In this document: piece by piece, positions 16,375 through 25,101 of the stretch
Position numbering within the stretch: the stretch's first letter is position 1
How the letters are laid out: every line of letters starts with the position of its first letter
DNA from: Dehalococcoidia bacterium
GTDB taxonomy: Bacteria; Chloroflexota; Dehalococcoidia; Lucifugimonadales; VXLM01
Assembly (NCBI GenBank): GCA_965232435.1
Contig: CBDDPU010000004.1
Coordinates: 2,812,423-2,876,422, forward strand
Direction of reading: 5' to 3'
DNA length: 64,000 nt
Notes under the pieces: model-generated
What the model was told of the DNA's origin: nothing
The model's input: the letters and a program-made list of their open reading frames with translations, nothing else
The model's database searches: none
Made by a program: the position numbers and the translations under genes

Positions 16375-19179
16375 CTAAGCCCTCTCGCGATCCAGATTAA
16401 GGGCGAGGAGGCGGGCGATCATTTCGCCGTCGGTTAGGTCGGGGGGCCAGCCGTAGGCGGCAGAGACGGCCTCGTCGAGGTTCTTGCACGCCAGGTCAAG
16501 CCACGTGGGGCGGGCGTTGTAGAGGTTCGTCAGGGTGCGGCGTTTAAGTTCGCTTGGACTCACGGCATCCTCCGCCGGGTTCAGCCAGCCCTGGCGGAGG
16601 GAGTCGAGGCGTTGGGCGGCGTCCGCTATAGCCGCTTGCTGATCGGGCGATGGGCGTGGGAAGGGGAAGGTCTCGAAGGTTGTCGTGGGCGTGTATCGGA
16701 ACCCGGATTCGACCTCACGGAGTTGAGTGCCCTGAGACCGCGCCCAGAGTTCATGCGGCCGGGAATGGAGCACCCCGAAGAAATAGTCGTCGTCGCGGGC
16801 AAAGGCTATGACTACGTTGGCGGCAAGAGTATTGTTCTGCGCCCACACAAACATCCTATGTTTTGATAAGTTGGGAGTGACAATGAAACGGCCCAGCCCC
16901 TGTATCGCGGCGCGCATTCCGGGTCGTGGCTCCATGTGGAGCCACCAGTTCTTGGCATATGCCTCTCGCTTGCTCTTGCTGCGAAACGGTTTGACGTTCT
17001 CACGGACGTACTCGAAAGGCGCTTCGTAGAGCGCGGCTTCTTCCAACGTCGTCCCCGGCGGAAAGTCGATAATCCACATATTCCGACGGCGTCCCGTGAT
17101 GTCCGACCCGTTGATCCACGGACGCACCACGTCTCTATTCGAGCGACCGTCGGGGTTTGGCTGGGCGAGAAGCCGCTTGGCCAGCGCGTCGTCAATGTCG
17201 AAGGGGCCTCCCTTCGTATCTCCCATGAAGGCGATTCCGAGATTTTCCTTCAGCCTTCCGGCCTTCGTTACGTCAGTATCGCCGGAGGTCAGGTTGGCGT
17301 ATATATCGGAAACTTGGAGGCCGTCCAGTTCGCGGGCCGTTTCCCGCCCGTCGTCGAATCCGACCATCGACACCTGCACGGCGGCGCCGTCGAGCGTCCA
17401 CACACGGTCGGACTGCGCCCAGAATATGCCGCCCGACTGCGCTATGCGGTTGAGGACGTCGCGGTTTCTCCCGCCGCGAATGCCCTGGGTGGCAAGCAGG
17501 CCCGCGCGTTCCGCCCGTCCCGATTCGACTTGCTCCCTAGCCTTCTCGAACCAATAGCAGCAAAGGTCGGCCTCGCGAGGGACGCGATCATTCCACACAT
17601 CGAACATTGCATCGACGTATTCGTCTCCCAACTCCTGGCGAAGCAGCTTGCCACCAAGAAACGGCGGATTGCCGACGATGACCTCCGCGACCGGCCATTC
17701 GGGCTCGGTCAACGCGCCGGTCTTGTCTCGCCCAACAATGGCGTCCATCCGCGCGATGTTCTCGAGAGGTTCGAGGATAGGCGATTCGCTTTCGAGATCG
17801 AAGGCGTTGCGATACTTCCATTGGAGGTATCCGATCCACACGACGGCGGACGCGAGCTCCTGCGCGTACTCGTTGGTCTCTATGCCCCAAAGCTGCCGGG
17901 GATGTACGCCGGGGGTCAGACCCGCGACGCCGTACTGCTCTCCGAAAGCGATGACTTCCTTTTCCAGCGCCTTGAGCAGCGTCAGACTGACGTACAGGAA
18001 GTTTCCCGAACCGCAGGCCGGATCGAGGACTCGGATCGTGGCGAGTCGCCCAAGGAACCGCGAAAGTATCTCGGTGAGCTGGGATTTGAGGAACTCACTG
18101 TCGTATTCGGGTTGGACCTGCCAGTCGATGTATTTCTCCGCCTTCGCCTTCTCTCGTTCCCACGCCTGCCGCAGCGGACTCATCAAGACAGGTTCGACGA
18201 TAAGCTCGATGTCCTCTCGCGACGTGTAGTGCGTTCCGAGCTGCCTGCGCTTGCTCTCGTCGATGATCCGCTCGAACAGCGTGCCGAAAATCGAAGGTTC
18301 GATATCCGACCAGTCCAGGTCGTTCAGTTTTTCGAGCAGGGCGATCTGGTCTGCGATCAGCTCGGGAACGGAGGTGTCGTCGAAGAGTCCGCCGTTGAAG
18401 TGCGGCACGTCCCGCATGAGGAACCGCCCGCCGTCCTTCATAGCGGCGAAGAGCTCGCCCGTGTACTTCTGAAAGTCATCGGGCCTGGTCCTGTTGACCC
18501 TTATCAGATTGGTAAATGCCTCTTGATCCAGGAGACCAACGTCGCTTGCGAAGAAGCAGAAGATCATGCGCATGATGAAGTGCGCGATTTCCTGCTCGCT
18601 GATGGGACTCTTGCTCTTTGCGTTCCACGTCCGCATGTCGTCCGCGAGGACGCGAAGCAGTTCCGCCGCCTCCTCGGTGAGCTTGGACTGGAGTTTGCCG
18701 GGATTGAGGCGTTCCGGGTCTTCGAACAGCGCTCGAAGTATTTGGAGGGGCGTGAGTCCCGAATCGTCTACCGGGTTGTCGGTTGATAGATCGGCGTTCG
18801 AGAACTCGTACTTGCGCTTTACGGTGTTGGTGAAGTTGGTATGGACCTGAAACGTGTTGAGGTCGCATACGACTAGCAGAGGGGGATTGCCGAGGGCCTC
18901 ACGATAGAGTTGAAGCTGCTGGTACGCCGCCGACAGGTCTTTGTTCGGCCCCTTGTATTCCCAGCCGAAGCAGTCTTTTCGCCAGACGTCGGCGAAGCCC
19001 TTGCCGCCGGTAGACTTGTCGAGGCCCTTTTCGAACGTGAACCAGTCGCCCTTCGGGTCTGCCTCCACGGGCGTTTGCTGGCCGGCCAGCCGGCAGATGT
19101 CAATGAAGTGCTCCTGAGCGCCTGCGCGCTCTCGAAGCTCCACTGTCGCCCATTTATTTACGTACTCAATCGGATTCAT
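16375..19179 (-). CDS. MmeI-family Type IIL restriction-modification enzyme (fused nuclease / N6-adenine DNA methyltransferase / specificity domain)
   Basis: N-terminal D-X9-E-X-K nuclease motif (ADVWRKDCFGWEYK, compare MmeI VDLFWPGILLIEMK). GTHYTS, SAM motif LDPACGSGNFL and catalytic motif VGNPPF. C-terminal LTNLYNARP...LDEAVSAAYGW resembles the MmeI tail. The ATG at 19179 (MNPIEYVNKW) is preferred; the maximal ORF starts at 19245. Confidence 0.8.
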   Translation of the reverse strand: MNPIEYVNKWATVELRERAGAQEHFIDICRLAGQQTPVEADPKGDWFTFEKGLDKSTGGKGFADVWRKDCFGWEYKGPNKDLSAAYQQLQLYREALGNPPLLVVCDLNTFQVHTNFTNTVKRKYEFSNADLSTDNPVDDSGLTPLQILRALFEDPERLNPGKLQSKLTEEAAELLRVLADDMRTWNAKSKSPISEQEIAHFIMRMIFCFFASDVGLLDQEAFTNLIRVNRTRPDDFQKYTGELFAAMKDGGRFLMRDVPHFNGGLFDDTSVPELIADQIALLEKLNDLDWSDIEPSIFGTLFERIIDESKRRQLGTHYTSREDIELIVEPVLMSPLRQAWEREKAKAEKYIDWQVQPEYDSEFLKSQLTEILSRFLGRLATIRVLDPACGSGNFLYVSLTLLKALEKEVIAFGEQYGVAGLTPGVHPRQLWGIETNEYAQELASAVVWIGYLQWKYRNAFDLESESPILEPLENIARMDAIVGRDKTGALTEPEWPVAEVIVGNPPFLGGKLLRQELGDEYVDAMFDVWNDRVPREADLCCYWFEKAREQVESGRAERAGLLATQGIRGGRNRDVLNRIAQSGGIFWAQSDRVWTLDGAAVQVSMVGFDDGRETARELDGLQVSDIYANLTSGDTDVTKAGRLKENLGIAFMGDTKGGPFDIDDALAKRLLAQPNPDGRSNRDVVRPWINGSDITGRRRNMWIIDFPPGTTLEEAALYEAPFEYVRENVKPFRSKSKREAYAKNWWLHMEPRPGMRAAIQGLGRFIVTPNLSKHRMFVWAQNNTLAANVVIAFARDDDYFFGVLHSRPHELWARSQGTQLREVESGFRYTPTTTFETFPFPRPSPDQQAAIADAAQRLDSLRQGWLNPAEDAVSPSELKRRTLTNLYNARPTWLDLACKNLDEAVSAAYGWPPDLTDGEMIARLLALNLDRERA

Positions 19180-19299
19180 GCTGTACCCATGGTGCAAGTT
19201 TCGCCAAGAGGTGAATCGCAATGGCGGTAAGTAATATTCCGCCAAGGGGTTCCATTCGGATATGCCACCAAGATAAGTTGGGAGAAGGCTTTAGCCCAA

Positions 19300-20322
19300 C
19301 TACCCTGTTGCGGCGGTCTCGTATCCGTCGGCCCGAATGCAGCCCACCCAGTGGTTGGGGCTGACCTCGCGGAGCGACGGCATCTCGTCCTTGCACTCGT
19401 CCACCGCGACCGGGCAGCGAGTGTGGAAAACACACCCTTCAGGGGGTGACATGGGACTGGGCAGTTCACCATGAAGGATGATGCGCTCTCGCTCTTCCTC
19501 CATGTCCGGGTCGGGGATGGGAATCGCAGAAAGCAACGCCCGGGTGTAGGGGTGCAGCGGGTTGTCATACAGCTCTTGGCGGCTTGCCACCTCGACAATG
19601 TGGCCCAAATACATGACCGCCACCCGATCGCTAATGTGACGCACCACCGACAGATCGTGGGCGATGAACAGATACGTTAGTTGGAGTCTTTCCTTCAGTT
19701 CCTCGAGCAGATTGATGATCTGGGCCTGAATCGAGACATCGAGGGCCGAGACGGGCTCATCGCACACGATGAAGTCGGGGTTCACTGCCAACGCTCGCGC
19801 TATGCCGATTCGCTGGCGCTGCCCACCTGAGAACTCGTGCGGATACCGATCCGCCATGAACGGGTTGAGACCGACGGTTTGGAGCAACTCGGATACCCTG
19901 TCTTGGTATTCGCCCTTGCTATCGGTCAGCTTGTGCACGGATAGCGGCTCGCCTACGATGTCGCCGCAAGTCATTCGGGGATTGAGGGAACCGTAGGGGT
20001 CCTGGAAGATAACCTGCATCTTCCGGCGGATGGGTCTGAGCTCCTTGTGCCTGAGGCCGTTCAGCCTTTGCCCGTCGTAAAACACGTCTCCCGAAGTCTG
20101 CTGCTGAAGCTGAAGAATCACTCTGCCAAGCGTCGTCTTGCCGCTCCCACTCTCACCGACGAGACCCAGTACTTCGCCCTTGTTGATGGATAGCGAGACG
20201 TTGTCTACCGCCTTGACTTCCGCCACTTTCCGCTGAAAGAGGATCCCCGAAGTAACGGGGAAGTACATCCTAACGTCCCTGACCTCTATCAGTGGCCTTC
20301 CGGCGCCGTTCGACTCGACCAA
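19300..20322 (-). CDS. oligopeptide/dipeptide-type ABC ATP-binding protein (OppF/DppF-like)
   Basis: Walker [10 protein letters not shown], signature [15 protein letters not shown], Walker [13 protein letters not shown] and C-terminal HPYT motif. TTG start at 20322 is preceded by AGGAGG and lies 2 nt after the upstream stop; the maximal ORF starts at 20385. Confidence 0.85.
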   Translation of the reverse strand: MVESNGAGRPLIEVRDVRMYFPVTSGILFQRKVAEVKAVDNVSLSINKGEVLGLVGESGSGKTTLGRVILQLQQQTSGDVFYDGQRLNGLRHKELRPIRRKMQVIFQDPYGSLNPRMTCGDIVGEPLSVHKLTDSKGEYQDRVSELLQTVGLNPFMADRYPHEFSGGQRQRIGIARALAVNPDFIVCDEPVSALDVSIQAQIINLLEELKERLQLTYLFIAHDLSVVRHISDRVAVMYLGHIVEVASRQELYDNPLHPYTRALLSAIPIPDPDMEEERERIILHGELPSPMSPPEGCVFHTRCPVAVDECKDEMPSLREVSPNHWVGCIRADGYETAATG

Positions 20323-20324
20323 GT

Positions 20325-21344
20325 TTATCCTCCTGCCGCCGTTGGCGAACCGACCAAGTTGGGGAGATCCTCGGATCGCCAGCAAGCCGCGTGGTGTGGC
20401 GGGGTTGCTTCTCTAATTGCTTCAAGGTTCGGGGTTTCAGTCAGGCACATGTCAATCGCATAGCGGCACCTCGGCGCAAAATTGCAATTGTCGCCTAGAC
20501 CGATCAGGTTGGGAGGCAGGCCTTCGATCGGCTCCAATTTCACGCCTTCCTCTTCGTCCAGGCGCGGGACGGAGCGCAGGAGTCCCAACGTATACGGGTG
20601 CCGGGGATCGTAATATATCTGCCGCGCAGTGCCTTCCTCAATGATCGACCCCGCGTACATCACAATCACTCGTTTAGCGTATCGAGCCACCACGCCAAGA
20701 TTGTGAGTGATGAGGATCATCGCCGTTCCCAACTCATTCGACAGTCCCTGCATCAGTTCGAGAATTTGCGCTTGGATCGTCATATCCAAGGCCGTCGTCG
20801 GTTCATCCGCGATGATCAACTTCGGATTGCAGCTTACCGCCATCGCGATCATCACCCTCTGACGCATCCCTCCGCTCATCTGGTGGGGGTAATCCTTCAG
20901 TCGCCGCTCCGCGTCCGGTATGCCGACAAGGCTGAGCAGTTCGGCCGCCCGTTCGTTCGCCGCGCTGGCCGTCATATTCAGGTGGAGCTCAAGAGTTTCG
21001 GTCAGTTGTCTGCCGATGGTCAAGACGGGATTCAACGATGTCATCGGCTCCTGGAACACCATGCCGATATCGTTGCCTCGCACCTTCCGCATCTGGGCGT
21101 TTGATAGTTGCAGGAGGTCCTGTCCGTCGAATATAACCTCGCCCGCGACTATCTTGCCGGGAGGATCAGGTATCAACCCCATGATGGAAAGCGCGCTAAC
21201 GCTCTTGCCGCAGCCGCTCTCTCCCACGATGCCGACGATCTCCCCTTCGTCCACCGAATAGGAGATGCCGTCAACCGCCTCGACGACGCCGTTGTCGGTA
21301 TAGAAGTGGGTAGTCAGATTGTTGACTTCGAGAATTTTCGCCAT
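20325..21344 (-). CDS. oligopeptide/dipeptide-type ABC ATP-binding protein (OppD/DppD-like)
   Basis: Walker [10 protein letters not shown], signature [14 protein letters not shown], Walker [12 protein letters not shown] and C-terminal HPYT motif. Start ATG at 21344 (MAKILEV) or 21362. Confidence 0.85.
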   Translation of the reverse strand: MAKILEVNNLTTHFYTDNGVVEAVDGISYSVDEGEIVGIVGESGCGKSVSALSIMGLIPDPPGKIVAGEVIFDGQDLLQLSNAQMRKVRGNDIGMVFQEPMTSLNPVLTIGRQLTETLELHLNMTASAANERAAELLSLVGIPDAERRLKDYPHQMSGGMRQRVMIAMAVSCNPKLIIADEPTTALDMTIQAQILELMQGLSNELGTAMILITHNLGVVARYAKRVIVMYAGSIIEEGTARQIYYDPRHPYTLGLLRSVPRLDEEEGVKLEPIEGLPPNLIGLGDNCNFAPRCRYAIDMCLTETPNLEAIREATPPHHAACWRSEDLPNLVGSPTAAGG

Positions 21345-21472
21345 GGCCTCAATACGCTGCAACGCTCAAGTGTCGGTGTTAGGGTAGCAACGCGGCGCCA
21401 AACCGTCAATAGAACCCGAAGAACACACAGAGAACCGTGAATCCCGTTACGCAATACCCTCAGAACTGCGAC

Positions 21473-22459
21473 TTAGCACCCCTTCACGATCGGGCGCATG
21501 GCCTGAATGTGCTCCGGGCCTGAGGCGCAGCATCCACCGATGATCTGCGCGCCCATGGTCTTCCATTCAGCGGCGAACTCCGCGAGGCGTGAAGGATAGT
21601 AATCGGCGGTTTGCAGGATATCCTCGCCACCGCTCGGCTTCTGGTTCGTGAGCATCGGCATGTTCGTTATGGGGCCGGTTGGATTGTAGCCGATGTTGGG
21701 GTAGGCTCCGACCGGACCCGGGGACGCCTCCCTGAGTATCGGAAGCCCTTTGGAGATATTTTCGGGGTTGCTGCACATGATCAGGACGGCATCGACAGGA
21801 TGGCCCTCAAGGGCGCGAGCAAGGTCGGTCAAGCTCTCGCCATAGTTCATCGTCCCATCGCTCATGATATGCCGAACACCTAAGAAAACCGGCAGTCCGG
21901 CCTCCGCGCATCCGTCAACGGCCACTACACAGTCCTCGATAAACCCCACGTACTCCGGCAGGATCACATCAGCCCCCTCGTCGGCCAGGAGCTTGGCGTG
22001 GTCGGCCCACTCCTTCCGGTACGAGTCGGCGCCCAGCTGTTCGGTGTCGGAGACGGGATCGTGCACTGGCGGAAGCCCCCCTTGGAGACTCGGGGCGGCG
22101 ATGCCTCCTGCAACGTATGCACCGGGCTTCATCGCGTCACGGGCCTGCACGGCGTTGCGGATCGCCGCCGTGGCGTACTTGCGCCAGTTATCACGCTCGC
22201 CGATCCTTTCGAGGCGAGTGGGAGTCGTCCAGAAGTTGTTGCTGATGATGATATCGGCCCCGACTCGCAGATAGTCCGAGTGCACCTGCCTCACAACGTC
22301 GGCGTATTCGATATTCGTAGTAGCCGTCCACGCCGTCAGCCGATCCTCCGCCCCCTTGAGAACGTCGGCCCCGCGGCGCTGAAGCTCCGACCCGGTGCCG
22401 CCGTCCATAAGAAGCCTCTCCCCGTTGTGGAGACGTTCAACTATTGGTTCTCTTGTCAT
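21473..22459 (-). CDS. homocysteine S-methyltransferase domain protein
   Basis: LLMDGGTGSEL N-terminal motif and C-terminal zinc-site GGCCASGPEHI. ATG at 22459 is preceded by GGAG; the longer ORF (to 22735) would overlap the upstream gene by 230 nt. Confidence 0.75.
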   Translation of the reverse strand: MTREPIVERLHNGERLLMDGGTGSELQRRGADVLKGAEDRLTAWTATTNIEYADVVRQVHSDYLRVGADIIISNNFWTTPTRLERIGERDNWRKYATAAIRNAVQARDAMKPGAYVAGGIAAPSLQGGLPPVHDPVSDTEQLGADSYRKEWADHAKLLADEGADVILPEYVGFIEDCVVAVDGCAEAGLPVFLGVRHIMSDGTMNYGESLTDLARALEGHPVDAVLIMCSNPENISKGLPILREASPGPVGAYPNIGYNPTGPITNMPMLTNQKPSGGEDILQTADYYPSRLAEFAAEWKTMGAQIIGGCCASGPEHIQAMRPIVKGC

Positions 22460-22505
22460 CGTGGTTACTCCTGGCGTTGTGGTACTGCGCCAAACTGAGA
22501 GGCGG

Positions 22506-23531
22506 TCACCCCGCCAAGTCCAAGAGCCTGTCAGCCAGGTCCTCGATGCGGCGCCGCTGTGGGAGTGAATCCAGCCACCGACTCGGTATAGCCGACGCCC
22601 CGTACTTCGCGCCGAGAACGGCCCCGGCGACAGCGCCGTTGGTATCCGTATCACCGCCGGCCTCCACCACTTGACGCAGGGCGGCTTCGAAGCCCAGAGG
22701 CGTGACGGCGCACCACATCCCTGCCTGCAGCGCAATCAGGGAATGGCCGATCAATTTCTGGTCTTCCCACAGCCAGGAAACGTCCTTCGGCATGGCGGCC
22801 CCTTCGACGATGCTCTCCAGGACGTGCGTGGGGATTCCATCGTTTCGGGCCGTTCCCAGTAGATCGGGGCATCCGTCCGCAGCGGCCGATTGCATCAGGC
22901 CGGATAAATCCGGCTCCACGCCTTTGAGCAACAAGGCGATGATGGCGTTGGCGATGATGCAGCTCCACTGCGCAACCACTGCATAGTGAGTTACTACGCT
23001 CGTCGCGGCGCTGTCACCAACCAGGACCTTCGGCTGCCGAAATCGAGCTATAGCGACCGGAGCGCAGCGCATCACTGCGCCGTTTGGGGCTATGGGATTC
23101 TCCTCGTAGTCGATACGGGCCGCTTCCGGCGGTATGTACCCAGCTTCCAACAGACTGACAACGCGCCTTGTCAAGAATCCTATTCCCCGACCGTTCTCCA
23201 GGGCCCAGATGACCAGCCGCTCCCCCAATCTTTCGACGTAGTCTCCTCCCTCCAGCAGCGCTCCAGCAAGTTCCACGGCCTGCGCTAGGTCATCGTCCAT
23301 TGGTCGATGCTTCTCGCGCGGGTCTATGTCTACAACCCCATCGGGATACTCTCGCTCAATCTGATGGCGCCACCAAAATTCCATTGGCAGTCCCAAGACA
23401 TTTCCAGCCGCCAACCCCAGCATGACCCCGCGAGCGCGGTCGGAGAGACCCTGCTCGCACTCTGCTGCGGAGCCTAACATCAAGGAAACTCTCGGCGCTT
23501 GGTCAACAACGTTGGGGTCGTACATAGTCAC
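22506..23531 (-). CDS. ADP-ribosylglycohydrolase family protein
   Basis: GLAAGNVLGLPMEF and GGDTDTNGAVAGAVLGAKYG..IP..W motifs typical of the ARH/DraG fold. Confidence 0.75.
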   Translation of the reverse strand: MTMYDPNVVDQAPRVSLMLGSAAECEQGLSDRARGVMLGLAAGNVLGLPMEFWWRHQIEREYPDGVVDIDPREKHRPMDDDLAQAVELAGALLEGGDYVERLGERLVIWALENGRGIGFLTRRVVSLLEAGYIPPEAARIDYEENPIAPNGAVMRCAPVAIARFRQPKVLVGDSAATSVVTHYAVVAQWSCIIANAIIALLLKGVEPDLSGLMQSAAADGCPDLLGTARNDGIPTHVLESIVEGAAMPKDVSWLWEDQKLIGHSLIALQAGMWCAVTPLGFEAALRQVVEAGGDTDTNGAVAGAVLGAKYGASAIPSRWLDSLPQRRRIEDLADRLLDLAG

Positions 23532-23680
23532 CTCGGACCGGGAGTTTGGATCACAGTAAGTCTACTGCGAGGACTATGGAAAATCCACAGGCGGCGATTT
23601 TCCGGGACTGTTCAGAGTCCGTGAGAACCAGTCACGATCCGCGCCGGCGCTTCCCTACTAACGATATGCGGAATAGGGCC

Positions 23681-23731
23681 TGACAGGTGGGGGGTCTTAT
23701 TTACCCTGACATATTCTGACATTTCCTGACA
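23681..23731 (+). promoter_or_regulatory. CTGACA direct-repeat array (4 copies, last three phased at exactly 10 bp) in a divergent promoter region
   Basis: TGACA at 23681, 23707, 23717 and 23727 (cCTGACAgg ... cCTGACAtattCTGACAtttcCTGACAcag). Confidence 0.4.
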
Positions 23732-23777
23732 CAGCTCTTGCGCACAGGGGATTTCGTCGTCCCGAACGGGGTTCTTC

Positions 23778-23804
23778 TAGAATAGAAAAAATGTTCGGTA
23801 GAAT
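23778..23804 (+). promoter_or_regulatory. two TAGAAT -10-like hexamers upstream of the DSD-like gene pair
   Basis: tagaat at 23778-23783 and 23799-23804. Both have poor -35 regions. Confidence 0.3.
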
Positions 23805-23933
23805 CAAATTCGAGGATTATGCTGCAATTGTTCAATCTTGGTGAGATGAACAGTTGGCGCCCGGCGGTTCTGATAGACTCACCTATGCGGGTATGCTATT
23901 CTGCCAAAGTCTACGACCAGCAAGGAGCCTTGA

Positions 23934-25043
23934 ATGGAACGACCGATCTTCAAGCCCATCGGAACACCAACAGAAGAACTCGACACCCCTTCGCTCATCG
24001 TCGATTTGGAGGCTCTCAGCCACAACATCGCGACGGTGGCATCTTTCTTCGAGAATACCGTCGCAAACCTTCGCCCTCATGTTGAGGCGCACCGAACGCC
24101 GGCCATCGCGCACAAGCAGCTTGCGGCCGGCGGCAATGTCGGGGGAATCGCCGTATCGAGCATCGGCCAAGCCGAGGTCTTCATTCCCAACGGCTTCAAC
24201 GATGTATTCGTTGCCAACCTCGTCGTGACCCATCAGAAAATCACCCGACTGTGCGCCCTCGCTCGACAGGCCAAGATCAGCGTCGCGGTCGACAGCGCCG
24301 CAAATGTGGCCGACCTATCAGACGCCGCGGTCGCCAATAACGTGATCATCGGCGTGTCCATATTCGTCAACACCCGACTCGGACTCTACGGAGTGGAACC
24401 CGGACCGGCGGCGGTCGAGTTGGCGAAAGCGGCCGTGAATGCCCCGGGCCTCGATTTCACCGGGATAATGACCCAAGAAGGCGGCATCCTGGTGGACGAC
24501 GCCGACCAAGCAGCCGACGAATCCCGCGCCGCCGTCCAACCGCTCTTGAACACTCGCGAAGATATCGAACGGGCCGGGATCGACGTTCGAGCAGTGAGCG
24601 CCGGGAACACCTCCAATTATCAGGTCGTCGGATCCATTGCCGGCGTGACCGAAGTGCCCGCAGGCGCATATTCGCTCCTCGACGCTCAGCACGCCCCCTT
24701 CTTACCGCATCTCAAGGCCGCCGGGCGGGTCATGACTACCGTCACCAGTCGTCCAGAGCCGGGTTACATGATCACCGACGGCGGCCAAAAGGCCATTGGC
24801 GCCGACACCGGGTTCCCCTCGATCGACAACCTGCCGAGCCCCACCGTGAAGGGCCTCAGCGCCGAACATGGCAGCATATACTTCGACTCGACGGGCGGGG
24901 TCGATCCCCAGCTTGGCGACAAGATATGGTGCACACCTTGGGACGCCGCCACGTGCGCCAACCTTCACGACTACATGTTTGCCGTCCGAAACGACGCCTT
25001 GGAAGCCGTGTGGGAAGTATCCGCGCGAGGACGGTATCGGTAA
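23934..25043 (+). CDS. D-serine dehydratase / D-threonine aldolase-like (alanine racemase N-domain fold) paralog lacking the PLP-lysine motif
   Basis: Family-typical N-terminus (LDTPSLIVDLEALSHNI) and C-terminus (AVWEVSARGRY). The RPHxKxHK motif reads RPHVEAHR, and the C-terminal PSHVDP-type metal motif reads TPWDAAT. Confidence 0.65.
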   Translation: MERPIFKPIGTPTEELDTPSLIVDLEALSHNIATVASFFENTVANLRPHVEAHRTPAIAHKQLAAGGNVGGIAVSSIGQAEVFIPNGFNDVFVANLVVTHQKITRLCALARQAKISVAVDSAANVADLSDAAVANNVIIGVSIFVNTRLGLYGVEPGPAAVELAKAAVNAPGLDFTGIMTQEGGILVDDADQAADESRAAVQPLLNTREDIERAGIDVRAVSAGNTSNYQVVGSIAGVTEVPAGAYSLLDAQHAPFLPHLKAAGRVMTTVTSRPEPGYMITDGGQKAIGADTGFPSIDNLPSPTVKGLSAEHGSIYFDSTGGVDPQLGDKIWCTPWDAATCANLHDYMFAVRNDALEAVWEVSARGRYR

Positions 25044-25101
25044 TCCCAAAAGGACTCTTCTACGCACTCTTATGAATGAAAAACCCCGGTCGGAGGACAA
25101 G

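Noticed and set aside
16936-18786. 616-aa ORF on the plus strand, plus similar long ORFs at 58464-60041 (+), 32903-33937 (+), 35227-36078 (+), 44557-45735 (-), 51344-52051 (-) and 27719-28327 (-).
   Set aside because: All lie antisense to genes with strong family signatures (MmeI-like enzyme, NHL proteins, ctaD, ctaB, oxidoreductase, pilin, infC). They have Arg/Pro/Gly-rich, motif-free translations typical of shadow ORFs in GC-rich DNA.
16375-19245. The large methyltransferase considered as BREX PglX, which would imply a novel or partial BREX locus.
   Set aside because: No PglZ, BrxA/B/C/L or other BREX genes flank it. It retains the MmeI-type D-X9-EXK nuclease motif, which PglX proteins lack.
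21473-22735. 5'-extended versions of supplied ORFs: 21473-22735, 24868-26202, 35122-36462, 46147-46677, 45732-46190, 52668-55472, 57303-58184, 19300-20385.
   Set aside because: The extensions overlap the preceding gene by 60-440 nt or run through repeat DNA, and they are Arg/Gly/Trp-rich with no homology signal. Internal starts with GGAG-type RBS or ATGA/TAA-N2-TTG coupling fit the conserved protein N-termini.
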